A stretch of 64,000 nucleotides of DNA from the NCBI GenBank assembly GCA_050084515.1, contig CM114271.1, positions 39,184,001 to 39,248,000 on the forward strand, read 5' to 3'. Shown here piece by piece: positions 12,701 to 25,902 of the stretch. A model generated the notes under the pieces. That model had not been told where the DNA came from. It searched no databases and was given only the letters and a program-made list of their open reading frames with translations. Position numbers and translations under genes: made by a program. The number at the start of each line of letters is the position of its first letter. The stretch's first letter is position 1. This DNA comes from Blasia pusilla. Lineage: Eukaryota.

Positions 12701-15700
12701 TTGCCTTGCGAGTAGTCTAAATCTTTCACTTTTGTCAAAAATGATGTATATATAGAAAATAATAAGTAAATTATATTAATTTTGGACTTCTAATGATATT
12801 TCATTAATCATTATAATAGAATAGTGACAAATCGCAAAATACATTTAGAATAGTTGAAATTGATATTGAATTGATTAAGAATTTATAACAACATTTTGTA
12901 TATCTTGCATCAAACATGCATGAAAATTGGTTAGTACTTGTAAGGATATTCATACGATATGTGAATGTAAAAAAAAACCTAGGTAATTTTTATCAACATA
13001 GTATATTTCTTTCTATTATTAACAAATAAATTCATCCAACAACATTGTAATCATGTGAAAGGGAAGGAAAAATGTTATGAGAAAAATATGTCATTTATTT
13101 TAGAATACGCTTTTTCATTAAGAAGTGAACCTCTTTCTTCTCCAATTATAAATTAGATGTAAAAGTGAAATCAAAATATTATCATTAAATTTTAATTTTG
13201 ACCAAATTAATTTATTGACATGTATACATCTTGAATAATATAATAATAATATCCACTTTATTATTATTTTTTTTAAACAAGAAAATAATCCCAACATGTG
13301 AAGAAGGCAAGGAATGCCAAAAAGAATTAATATCAAAATGAAATACCAACAAGTCAGCTCAAAAAATTCGCAACGACCTACACAATTAATAGCCTAAAGC
13401 AAAGTCTAACATAACCACTAGTGGGTTGGTTAGGTATGAATGGATGGTGAGATGAGATATCACCAACCACTTCACCTTGATATATCAATGCTAATGCTTG
13501 TACTTATTGTAATGTCACCAAGATGCATTAATGCATCTTGGTGGCATTAAAATATGTAGTAAGTAATTACAATGAAGATACAATAAGTAGTAACAACAAA
13601 AATAGAAGGATTATGAGAAGGGATGAGTTAATGATTCCGGAGGGAATTATGAACAAATAGTTTTATGAAAGTATCAAAAGACATATTTAGTTGCCTAAAA
13701 GTTGTGACTTCAAAAAAAAAATCCACTTTCTATAATATGCACATGGTGGGGAATGAATGGTGATCAATAAATCAATAAGATCAGTGAGTTTTATTGCATG
13801 GTACAACGTTGGACATAAGCAATTATATATCCTACCATATATTATGCAAACAACCTCTTATTGACGAGTTGGTCTTGTTATGTCCCGTTGTGACTTTTGT
13901 TTATTGGGTGATTGTTGATCCAACACATTCTGATTTGGTATGTTGGCATGCACAAACTAAAGATTATATTTTTTATGCGGAAATAAAAATTAGGGAAGTA
14001 AATTATATAATGATACACATGACCGCTGGATTTATTCTTCTTGAAATCACAATTTTCACCCTTTGAACCAATTTGCAAGCCCTTGAAAGGGGAAGAAATA
14101 TTTCCATGATGAATTGACAATAGATTAGAACGTAGGATTAAGGATTTAAGCCTCTTCATCTAGATCTAGGATAGGCTAGATGGAAGAGGAAAACCCTAAG
14201 GTTGTGTGTAGAGGCCTAATAAGGATTAACGATTCTAGTAAGGGTAATGGCGCATACGTACGCAATAATTAAAGCATGCCATTCTATATTACAATAGGCA
14301 ACCCCTATATGGATAATAAGACAAAATAGTGGGATATTAAGACAAAATAGGAACATTTTTGAATTTTATGTGTACAAAAAGTGAATTTGAATGGAAAAGA
14401 ATATTTTTATTTATTAAGAACAAAAATTAATTTTTATTATAATAGGAAATCTAGATATACAATACAAGACAAAATAGTGCAATAATCAGAAAAAAAATAA
14501 CAAAAAATTAGAAACATTTCCCTAAATTTATATTTGATGGGAAGGAAATTAAATTTAATTGAATAAGGAATAAGTATTTTTAAATTTTATGGAAGGATGA
14601 ACTTAATGAGGGGCATATGATTTACATTTTAATTGAAGAGTGGAATTTTTTTACTCTTCTAAGATTTAAGAAATAGAAATTATGTGTAAATGAAATATAT
14701 AATTATTTTTAAAGATAATTATGCTAATTCATGTTTGATTTTTGGGAAAGGAAATTGAATTTGAAGGGAAAAGAGAACTGATTTCAATAACTCAAAATAA
14801 CTGATAATGTAATTAGAGGATGTTATTTTGGTGGGAAAAATAAGTATTCTTTAAAATTTAGTGGAGGAATGAAATTATTTAAGAGAGTTGATAATATTTA
14901 AATTTTAATTGAAGAATATAATTATTTTTAAAATAATTTTGTTTTTATTTTAAGATTTAAGAAAATAAAATATATATTTAAATTTTTAAATAAAAATATC
15001 TTAAATCATTGAAAAAAAATCGTTTTGGGGGCATGCTAACTTGTTTTCCAAATTCATAAAAGCAACACCTCGCCATTCTCGTAAGAGAATCATAATCTTC
15101 ATTTTAAAATAAAATATAGAAATGTATGAAACAATCTACGTATCATTGCGTTTAGAATAAGGTATTCGTGACTTAATTCCGTCCTTTTCTAAATTAAATA
15201 ATAGAGCATTTACTTTTCTACAATTTCATGACTCTTCTATAATGAAATCATTGTCACGATTTTTTCAGAGAAATCCGAAATTACTCGAAAACTTTCCTCA
15301 GAAATAAAAAAGATTAATTCGAATTATCCGTACATCGACGAGAACTTTTCCAAGATAAACGCAGACTTTGATTAAATCTAGGAAAAACAGTTTACTCAGT
15401 TTAAAAAAAACTATAGAATCTACGATCGTATGTATAGATATCCGATATATAACGAGTATGGAGTGGTCACCGGTTGGTCAAAAGTAATACAACAAAAGTC
15501 GGATGGAAGAGAAGAGTCCGCTTGAAAGTGGCACAAAGAAAATGAGTACCGGGTTTGATGGTGAATTAAATATGACGTGTACTTTTCGTCGTTATTGATT
15601 GTTTATTACTATCATTTATTTATTTGTACAATGCCATGACACACACGTACGTCCATCCGATGCGAGACGTGTTATGAATGCAGCGATTCACCCATCGTGG

Positions 15701-16269
15701 AGCGTTCCCGGGTAAACTGGTTTGACTCGTGGCAGCTGCCCGCGGAGAGTCGCTATTCCTATTGCCCTGCCCAGCTGCCCGAGGACGGTGGTGAATCGCA
15801 CGCACCGCGCGGAGGTCCGGGCTAGTCCGGACGTTCCCTCGGTTCCCCGGATCCCTGCCTCGCGGAGGAGAAGGAGGAAGGAGAGAGAGAGAAAGACGAG
15901 GAGGATAATACGCAGCACGTGCTCTGTGGTGCGCGCAACAAGACCTCATCTGATCTGCACTGCTCCATTCGCTTGTGCGCTGCAATTCGCGGGCCGGGCT
16001 TGAACTCGACGCAACGGAACGGAAGAGGGGAGAGGGGCGCTGAGGCGACTGCGCGGAGATGGTGAGAGGGGGGAGGATAGGAATTGGAAGGAGCGATTGA
16101 GAAAAGAGGAAGAAGAGGACGCGCGCGCGGGAATTGGAGGACGCACGGGGAAGGGAGATGTCGGGAATTGGTGGAGGATCGGGCCGGTGAGAGGAGGTGG
16201 AGAAGAACATATGGAGGACGGAATTGCGGTGGTGTCGTAGAGGAAAATTGACGCGGAGGAGGGGGCTTA

Positions 16270-19200
16270 ATGGGGTTGCTGCGCTCCCTGTTGCGCTCCT
16301 TGTCATGCAGTGATAGTAGCAACGGTCCGAACTCACGCTCCTGCTTGTATTCGTGCGATGTTATGGCTCCCTGCACCAGATCCAGATCGAGGGCGAGCTC
16401 TACAAAATTCGAGTCGGGAAGGGAGAACTCGGACAAGAAGGTGGGTCGACTGGAGCGAGAGAGGGCGTGTGCTCGGGCGAGCAAGCGGGTCCGGAAGGAA
16501 GACGCGGCTCTAGATTCGGGCGCGAACGGAGAGAATCAAGGTAATCATTTCGCGATTACGGCAGAGCGAAAGCCCTAGAATTCAGTTGTTCGAAATTCAG
16601 TTTTTCGAAAATAACTAATTTCCCATCCGGCGTTTGCGTGGGTTGTGGACATGGACTTATTCGCCTAGAGGAATAAATTAGGTCACAATGCACGGGTATG
16701 TCTTGAAGTAATGCGGCTAGCAGCAGTCCACGTTCTTTCAGTGGCTGTTGAGGCCTCTTGCACAGTATGGATGCTCCACACTTGAGATTCGTCGCTTTTT
16801 CTTAATTTCAAAATTTGTGGAAGAACAGTCGAGATTTTATTGTGCTTATCACTGTAAGCTGCCACGGCTTTCGCCAGGTGAAACTTGCAAAGATTCAAGC
16901 CACTCAAGTGCTTAAAGCCTGAATAGGTGTGCGAGTGTGAGCGTGCGTTAATTTTGTTGAAGTAAGAAATGTTTCATACACGACCTCTCTGGATGTTGGA
17001 GTAACTACGATAGATTTAGAACAAGGAACTCCAGAGAGATGAGCACTTAGTGGGAGACCTCAACCAGAGCACAATCTTTGCTGGTCATTCATGTTTGAGC
17101 CAGGACGCACAATTCGAAACTGAAAACCCAAAATACCTTACTGGTTTATTTGGTCTTCGGTAAACTTGGGCCTTACGATCTTTGGTATGGAACTCGGAGA
17201 AGAGGCCTAGGGACACCAACTTAGAAATTCCAGATTCCATGAATATTTTGCAACGGATAGCGTAAGCAGTCGAATTACCCTCGCAAGTTCACAGAGTGCA
17301 TGATTGTCATCAACTCTGTAAAGATTTGAAATATCAGCCCTATCTGGTGCTGAGTAGGAATTTTCGTTCATGGCTTGAGTTGGATTTAATGTTGAGTCCT
17401 GTAAAGGCAATGTATATTTCAATGGGTGCTTAATATATCAGCCCAAGTTACAACTGGGTTGGGGCTACTGATTTTGCAAATTTGCCTGATTCAAGTTTTG
17501 GTGGCTGTCTCAGGCCAAATGGTGTATTACACTCAATAACACAACGTTTATTTGGTGTCTTAGGTTGTGAGGTAGCTGTCGCCTGTGGGATATGCAAAGA
17601 CCTACAAGCAACCGAGCTTTTTGTCCTTGGCTGCAAACATACCTACTGTCGCAACTGTGCAAAAGAGTATGTTGAAAAAGTGGCGAAGTCCCAGATGGCT
17701 GTCATAAACCCAACATTCGAGGACTTACTGGCACAGCTTGTTTGTCCGAATCCCAGGTACTCTCTGGATCTTGTAATTTTAGTGTCTTGTAACCCTGATG
17801 TATCTGTTTCTCTGAAATGGTGAGTGTCCTAGTACGTTTAAACACAGTTTACATCGGATGGTATGATTGTACTTCCTATTTTTCTTCTTTTGCAGTGGTC
17901 AAAGCTGGTAGTAAATGAGACTAATGACATGAGTGAAGTCACAATCACCTGATTGCCTCAATCCCAACACTTTTAGGAAGGCTTTATCATCTCTTCGTCT
18001 TTGTTGGCAAGTGTTATGTACTTGGACTGGGGAGATACTGGTCGGTGATAGGTCAAAGGAATTATGGATAACAGTTCTCTCACCTGCATTTGTTGTGAGG
18101 AGCCCGATTGGGGCATTTCATAACTTCCTTCTGTACGGAGCATCTCCTTGGTCACCTATCCTAGTCATCCATGAGCGAATATATTGTTTGGAAGCCTTTG
18201 GAAGAGGCCTTGGTTCCTACCTCATTCTGATTGATGTTCTGGGATTGAAGTGGAGAGGAGGACCCAGATGGCGTGTTCTCACATGTTTTACTTCAATATT
18301 TACTTTCTTTCTTTTGCGTGCAGGAATGTTTCTTTGCCTACTCTTGTTTTGTTTTCCAAATTGGTGTATTGTGAAAATTTCCTCTATTCTGCAAGGTGTG
18401 GGAAGTTAGAGTTGCTTACTAATTTTCAAAGTTGTATCTGTAATGATTGTGGCCGCATCAAATGTCAAGCACACCACACCTGCAAGTCAAATTCATGGGA
18501 ATCAGTTGTGGGCATGGCATAGATTTATTAGTTGTTATAATGACAATTTTGGAACGTCCAGTTAAATTGGCAGAAGATATGCAGGAGGATTTGACCAGTT
18601 ATTAATTCTACTATCATTGGGTAGAGATGCAACGGATTCTTATCAAACTTTGTCTTTTTCTATCCTGTCATTCTATAGCTGCAAGGAGGAGCTAAGCCAG
18701 CGGGAGGTGATGGATCTTCTTGGACCAAAAATGGTCAAACTTTATGGGAAGTGGTTGGTTTCGATACTTGATAAGTTCTACAGGCTCTCTCTTATACAGG
18801 ATTCACGAGTTGAGTGCACCAATTCAAAGTGTGTTCAAGCCGAACAAACAGTGATACTGGCCAGCAAAGTAGCAGATATTGGGACAACTGAAGGTATTGG
18901 AAAATTAATTACTCTGAATATAAACCTCTTTTTGTACTCTTGTCGAGTTCTTTTGTGGTGGGCTCCTTAGCCCACATTTTTGTGACCTTAAGGATTTCCT
19001 TGCAGTACTAAACATTTTAATAGTCTACCATTTGTAGTCTTTTAAGGGCAATCAGTGGAAAGTCTTTTGTTGAAGCTGTGTGCATTGCAATCAATGGTCG
19101 TCCACCGATTCCAGCATCCTTTCCAGACTCCGAGGATTGTTTCGTGGAGATGACCAACACTCTGAACTAACTAAAGTGCTCACAGCACAACATAAAGTTT

Positions 19201-21495
19201 AGATTTCTTGACTCTCTGCACCAATTGATATGAGTTTAGGTACAATGCATATGTTTGAATCAAGTTTAGGTTACATCGATATTGCCAGGGTTCTTTCAGC
19301 CTATCTTCAAACTGACCAAGAAGCGTGTGAATTCCAAATCTTTTCTTGCTGTGCTGAGATTCTCTTTGGCGGGTGTGTGGGTACAGTTCGGCATGCGCTT
19401 CAGGTTAGGGGCGTTCAGAGAAAATGCATGAAGCAACAATGTGTCCGGCTTCTGATGAATGCAATAGGTCTGGATGAAAAAGAGACAAATAAAGCCATGT
19501 GGCTTTGTACAACATGTGATGCGGCGTGGTGTGTTGCATGTGGGGTCCAAATTCCTGTGACAAGCATGAAGGGTGGTAAGAGCAAGATACATCCGAATTG
19601 TGATGGCAAGCAGAGATATGCAATCTATAAGTCTCTTCTGGAGTTGAAGGAAGCTTCCAAAATCTACACGCAGGGATTACTAGCAAATCCTGACAGGAAA
19701 TCAAAATGTGGAGGTTCTGGGAAAACCATCTGGGCAGATGGAACTGGTTTTGGAGGAGACTATGTTGAAAATAAGCATCAGATAGAAAACATGCAGGCTG
19801 CGGCCAAGAAGGCTGAGTTAGAACTTGACAGTCGAGTAGAGAAGCAGCTAGTTTTTCTCACCAGTGTGCTGAGGGGAAACGCTGGAGATGAAGATGGGAC
19901 GAGTTCGCCTCTGACACTAGCAACTTGTGCTCTACTTGGATGGAAAAATATTCTCAGCCAGTTGCTGCGTCAGCTTGCAACAAATGACTCAATGTTGGAC
20001 ATTTCTGAAAGGAGCAGTCTCTATTTGAAAATGGTTGCATTACTGAAAGCCATAAGGTCTCACAGTGAGCTGCTACCTATACTTTCAGGATGTTCTCGAC
20101 AGGATGATTCAAGCGATCAGGAAGGATGTGTTGATCAAGACATGGCAGTAGACCAAAGCCCAAGCAGTGATGTGGGAAGGGAGGAAGAAGAGGAATCTGC
20201 AGAAGATGCAGAGAACACAGTGATAAAGAAGATGGGCAATATATACAAACAGGCAAAGGTGATGCTGCAAAGAATGCAGAGCGGTTCATTGGAGGGAAAC
20301 AACATGGCAGATGTTGACATGAGCCTGGCCAGGGAACTTTGTAAATGCTATGAGATTCTATCTGAAAGTATTCCAAGAGAGGAAGGAGCGACCTTAGCTG
20401 AAGATTCCACGAAGACAGTATCCGGTGTTGCAACTCGATCAAGAGGAAAGCAGCTAGAGTCAGAGGAAGATGAGGCAAAAGCAAGGCTCGCTGCCTCGCT
20501 TTACAAGGAAAAACTCAGAGAATTGCAGTTCAAGCAGCTGGCTATGACTGATGAGAAGGGGGAATATAGACATCACTACAAGGACCACATTTCTGGCAAG
20601 GTGGCAAATTCTGCTTGTATAGACAAAAGAGGCACCCACAATCATAAACGAATGCTACATCTCTCCAAAGAGATTGCCTCACTTGCCACCACCCTACCCT
20701 TAGAATGGGAGTCCAGCATTCATTTGTGCGTTGATGAGGAAAGAGTGGATGTGTTGCGGGCATTGATCATCGGACCTCAGGGGACTCCTTACCAGAACGG
20801 ACTCTTCCTGTTCGATATATTCCTCCCACCGGGTAAATGACACCGATCGCCATATGTAGCTTGCCAGTAAATGAGATGTTCTCTACTTTTGAGCGCAGAT
20901 ATTTCTTTATTTGCACAGAGTCGCCCATGCTCTTTTGATGTGCGCTTCAACTATAAGATCTGGCCACTAACTCAGTTTAATTTTTATTCTTGTGACAGAT
21001 TATCCACAAGTGCCACCGAATGTGCATTTTCTTACAACAGGTGGTGGGAAAGTGCGGTTCAATCCGAATCTGTACGACTCAGGAAAGATCTGCCTGAGTT
21101 TGCTCGGCACCTGGAGCGGTCCTGGGTGGGTTCCAGGGAAGTCGACTCTCTTGCAAGTTCTAGTATCCATCCAGAGCCTCATTTTTGTGAAAGACCCTTA
21201 CTACAACGAACCTGGATTTGAACAAACGAAAAGCCCCGAGGCAGAGAAAGAGAACGTTAGACATCGTGAGCATACTCTATCCCTTGCAGTCTTAGCCGCA
21301 CTGCGCAAACCTGATCCTCTCTTCGCTGATATCGTGCGTGAGCATTTCCGTCACAAAAGACAAGAAGTGGAGCAGCAATGCGATCAGTGGGTGGCTGCTA
21401 CATCTGATGGCTATGGGAGGCATCGGATTGCCAACATAGCCAAGGACGTGAAGGCAGAGCTACAGTTACTCTGCTCACAAGTAGTCAGCAGCTAG
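16270..21495 (+). CDS. RING/IBR-like zinc-finger + BIRC6-type ubiquitin-conjugating (UBC) domain protein, 873 aa; exons 16270-16540, 17564-17756, 18679-18893, 19387-20832, 20999-21495
   Basis: All four introns are GT-AG and phase-compatible (2622 nt, open frame). RING CGIC-x11-CKH-x2-CRNC...CPNPSC. IBR-like CTNSKC/CMKQQC...CTTC-x4-CVAC...HPNC. BIRC6-type WADGTGFG. UBC core GPQGTPYQNGLFLFDI...YPQVPP...RFNPNLYDSGKICLSLLGTW with catalytic Cys. The start could instead be the downstream ATG of MAPCTR. Confidence 0.88.
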
Positions 21496-23525
21496 ACTAC
21501 CTTGAACCCACGACCAATGTGAATACCATCAGTTCATAGGCTGTACATAGAACGTGTAAATTGAGATCATCAATGTCAGATGGTGGAGCTGCGGCAGATC
21601 CAAGATTCCAAGCCAGTGAAGCTGAAACAAAATATACTCGCACATCTCCGTTTATAAATAGGATACTATCGATGTGCCTCCCGACAGTTCCTCCTGGCTA
21701 GACTCCACAAGAAAAGTTCACTTAGTCGAAGCGTCTCGGAAGTTAGTTTCTTGAGATTGTGAATATTCAATGACCTGTTCAGCAGACATCGGTGCCAACG
21801 ACAATTTTCATTACTCATGAAGCTCTAACTTCGGCCCGTAGAGGGAGGGAACCTCCTGAGGCAGATCAGTTTCGGTCGATTGCATAGACTGGCTGCTGGC
21901 TGTTTATCAACTTAAAAGAATAGACATCAGACTTGTCTCACGAAAGAACGTGTACGTGCAATGAGCGTGTCCAAGCGAGTGTTCTTAGAGCGTTGTGTTC
22001 TAATGTCATCTCCGATCACCGCGGTATTACGCACTTCGAAATGGGGGGTGCAATCCCAGGTCCGGTCCTAGAATGTTCTACGCCTCCCATAGCAGAATTG
22101 GAGATGTTCTCTTGCGGTGCTGCTCTCTCAAATGCACCGCTACAAAAGGGTGGTGCCCGACGCGGACGTGGTAAGATGGCGATTTGTGATGCTGCCGCAC
22201 TCCACAATTCTCCATTCAAAGATAATAGGTGCCGAGCGCGGATAACGAGCGACACTGCATCGCGCAGTCAGTGTTAGCCGATGATCCCGTGAAAGATCCA
22301 AGCTGCCGAACGCCTATTGCGACCGATATGCTTATGCACCGACTCGTTCCCCGACTGCCATCCGATGACGCGCAGCGCAGATAACCGATGGCTCTTCCGA
22401 GTCCGGCCTTTTCCTGTATTTTTATCCAAATTTCTTTTCTCCATGTTTTCGCGTTTTCATACGGAGAAATTCCATCCCTTCCCCTAACCCCTCCAAAGTA
22501 GAGGGGTAGGTTTTTTTTTTCTAAAAATATTAAATGTATATAAAATTTATATTTTTAGAATGAAATGTGGCGTAGAGCTAGTTCCTTCTTGAGAGGTGTT
22601 GTGGCTCAACTGAAAATATTATTCAAAAAATCAAACTATATTTGAAGCTGTAACGAACGATTGACGATTGACCCGTTAGTTAGTGTTGGAGACCTCAAAA
22701 TCAGGGCTTTGGAACGAATTTATATCTAAATTGTTAAATTAATTTATTAAAAAATTATTAAATCAAACCTCATATATCATTAAAAAATTATGAATTTTAA
22801 TATCCTATGCAACTTGAATGATAAATATCAATTATTGTTAGTTGAAATGCATTTTATTAATTTTTTTGTTAAAGGCTAAGATGTTCTTGTCGGATTTGTT
22901 ACATGCTATCAATCGTGTCTTGTAACTCGTTGAGTTGGTGTTTGTGTTTCCTAGTTGTCATTTTCTCTTTGAATTCCATTGTGCATTTTTTGACTCATCT
23001 TATTTTGAGTTGTTCATACCTTTTTTTGCGCTCTTTTGATGTTTGTTATTATAATAAAGTGGACTCCTAAGGTGTCTATGCGATGCACAGGAAATAAAAA
23101 AATGTATGAAGAGCTTTTGCTAGTGTATAGCCAATGAAGGGTAGGGACTAATGTCTAGCCCGTGAAGGGAAGGGACTAATGATGATACACACAAAGTCAA
23201 AAAAATCTTGTAACCCGTAGCATGTGAAACATTTTCTTCTTGCCCAATTGTCGCGTGTCAAACAAAGAGGTGTTTACAAATCAAAAAGTTATTCTCCCAT
23301 AATAATATAGATGTTCTTATTAAGGTGAAAGAGAAGGACTCGCACCTTAACCTTAGGTTGGGATAGAAGAAAAACCACTATGGGGCTCTTTAAGAAGGGT
23401 GGGGAGAAAACGTAAAATTATCACACATGTGTGTGGACATAAGGACAAACTAGATGACAATGAAAAAAAAGGGAGAACTTGTAAGAGCCATAAATATTTG
23501 TACACATATCATAAGATTGATTTTA

Positions 23526-23526
<1 letters not shown>

Positions 23527-23554
<28 letters not shown>
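23527..23554. repeat. (ATCT)7 microsatellite
   Basis: Directly visible. Confidence 0.95.
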
Positions 23555-23556
<2 letters not shown>

Positions 23557-25767
23557 ATGATAAGATAAGATAAGGAGACGGGGTTTTTTCTTTCACTTCT
23601 ACTCCCAAATAAGTGAAGTTTTTGAAAAATAAAATCCTTGAAAAAATAAGAAGTTTAAGCTTGTTAAGACTAGAATGGATTCTTAATGTCATGGACCTTT
23701 GCTTTTGCAAGATTAGACCTCTTTAGTGCATATAAATTTTTATTAACATTGGAAATTCAACACCTGTAAATATCTTAGGGTTAGAGGATACACATAAGTG
23801 TAGAATCGTCTAAATCCTTGGGAGATATGGTGGAATTGTTGTAAGGATACTTGCATACACTTAAAATATTATTTAATATTATTGTAAAATGAAAAAATAT
23901 GCTAGTGCTACTAGGAAGATATCTACTTATGCTAGTGCATCACAATAGACACTCTTATTAATATCTCTGATATTAGTATAAAATACATATGCCATTAAAT
24001 GAAAAAATAATTAACACATTAAAAAATTAAATATTCTTCCATAATGCATTGCATCTTAATGAGTCAATAGAGATGAAGGAGTGGATACTTAAGAAAGGTT
24101 ATCCCTTACTCTAAATCTGATTTATGTAAGGTATATAACTTATCATTCCAATGAGAAATGACAAGTTATCGAACATATCCAAATTTCCATGAATTTCCGA
24201 GCTTATATCGCTTTATACAACTAGTAAGTTTTTGCTCGTACTATGCACTCAACCGAATGGATAGAAATAGAAATACTTCAAAAATGGAGAATATAATGAA
24301 GCAATTACATTAGACACATATTGAAACTATAGACTTCACAATAAATAGTAAGGTAAATTTCAGCTTAAATAAGAATAACCAGGAAACTCTACTTTTTATT
24401 TTTAAATTCATACATTTTTTCTTGTTAATTTAGAAATAAATTGGATTTCATTAATTTTCCAACCCACATCTCTCAATAAATGAAATTAAATCACTCATTT
24501 TAATGCAAAAAAATTTTCAAAATATACTTCAGAAATCCCTCACAATAAAAGCTTGAGAAGTTTTCTGAAAAAAATTAGGATTTTAATCCTCTTGAAGAAT
24601 AATGATCTTTCCACTATTCTATTGTTATCTTTTCTCAAATTTTTCCAAATAATCTGAGATTCCCCTTCCAAATTCAGCTTGAAATTCATTTTTCATTTTT
24701 TTCTATATATAGAGATAATAATTTCAGTTTTTAAAATGGAAAAAAAACTAATATGAAAGAAATTATAAATTCTTTCATAAGGATTAAAGTTTTTATTTTT
24801 AATTTTTTAATTTTTAATTTTTTTATATGATTACTAAAATCTCTTTTCTATTCAAGCTTTGGCCTAGTATAGGCAAAATTAAATTCACACTTGCCGTTCA
24901 TTTGGAACCTTTGAGCCCAATGATGAGGAGGTCCATGAAATGGGTATTTTTTATTTTAATCGATCACGAGTAATCGTGTCCAATTAAAATCAGAAATACC
25001 CATTTCATGTCAAATTGGTCCAAAAAAGTTGGTAGGAATTAGGGGGTTTTCTTTGCATGGGGTATCCTAGGGGTATCTAAAAACCAGTTCAAAATCCGAT
25101 TTTACAATTCCCGTGTACGAGAAATATACTGATTCCCGTGGAAAAAAAATTCTCAAACCTGTTTGAGCGAGAGCTAACTCTTAGAGCATGATTCCATGAA
25201 CACGTGCACGGTCATTGAAACCCTCGTTTCTACGTCCAAAACAACCTTCCAATGGATAGTGTAATAAAACGCACCACTCGAGCAACTGCCTCTATTATAA
25301 CCAATGAACGCATAGAACCGGGGCCACGAGTATACCTGGCCGGTTGAAAATGAGAATTCCGACCCCTAAAAGGAATTTCCGGCTAGGTTTCCGACTAACT
25401 TGCCGCCCCGCTCGGAAACTGGCTGTGCATGTGTTTTTGTTGCCCGTATTTCCCTGGCAACCCGCAGATATCCGGGGCTTTCGACGTGCAGTCAGAAAAT
25501 TCGCTTAGGGTTCCGGTAGGAGGAGCTAGAAAAATTTTAAGGCAGCTAATTTCTGAGATAAATTTTTTTAAGGTAAATTTCTGAAAAAAAAATTAATTCG
25601 ACCAGTGCATTTTTGGGACTTGGGTTTGCAAGCAGCCAATTTCCGACGGCTTGAAAATCTTCCCGGAAATTTTATTTCCTGTTTCCAACTCTTCAACTCT
25701 CTTTTTCTCTCTATTTTGCACTCTCATTTGCACACCTTCAAGGCTTCAACTTGGAAATTCCTTTCAC

Positions 25768-25822
25768 ATCCTTGGCAGGATTTGAACCTGGCCAAGCCTC
25801 CCATCCTTTGGGAACCAAGGAT
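25768..25822 (-). ncRNA. Candidate tRNA-like structure, copy 2 (55 nt)
   Basis: Minus strand: ATCCTTGG-TTCCCA AAGGA TGGGAG-GCTTGGC-CAGG TTCAAAT CCTG-CCAAGGAT. Same length and fold as copy 1, with a different hairpin loop. Confidence 0.55.
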
Positions 25823-25902
25823 TATATGCAATTAAAATCTCATTCCTTATTGTGAATTTCTTTGCATAGGCTGCCCCTATGATCCTTTCACTCTTCTAAC
25901 AT

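Noticed and set aside
12401-12728. Solo LTR (TG...CA)
   Set aside because: No matching TSD on the flanks; boundaries unsupported.
15620-16484. Long minus-strand ORFs (238 and 220 aa)
   Set aside because: Low-complexity antisense reading of the GA/GC-rich leader and first exon of the UBC gene; no domain signal.
17933-18522. ORFs of 158 and 90 aa inside intron 2 of the UBC gene
   Set aside because: The flanking exons splice in phase and complete the RING without them; the translations look like intron sequence.
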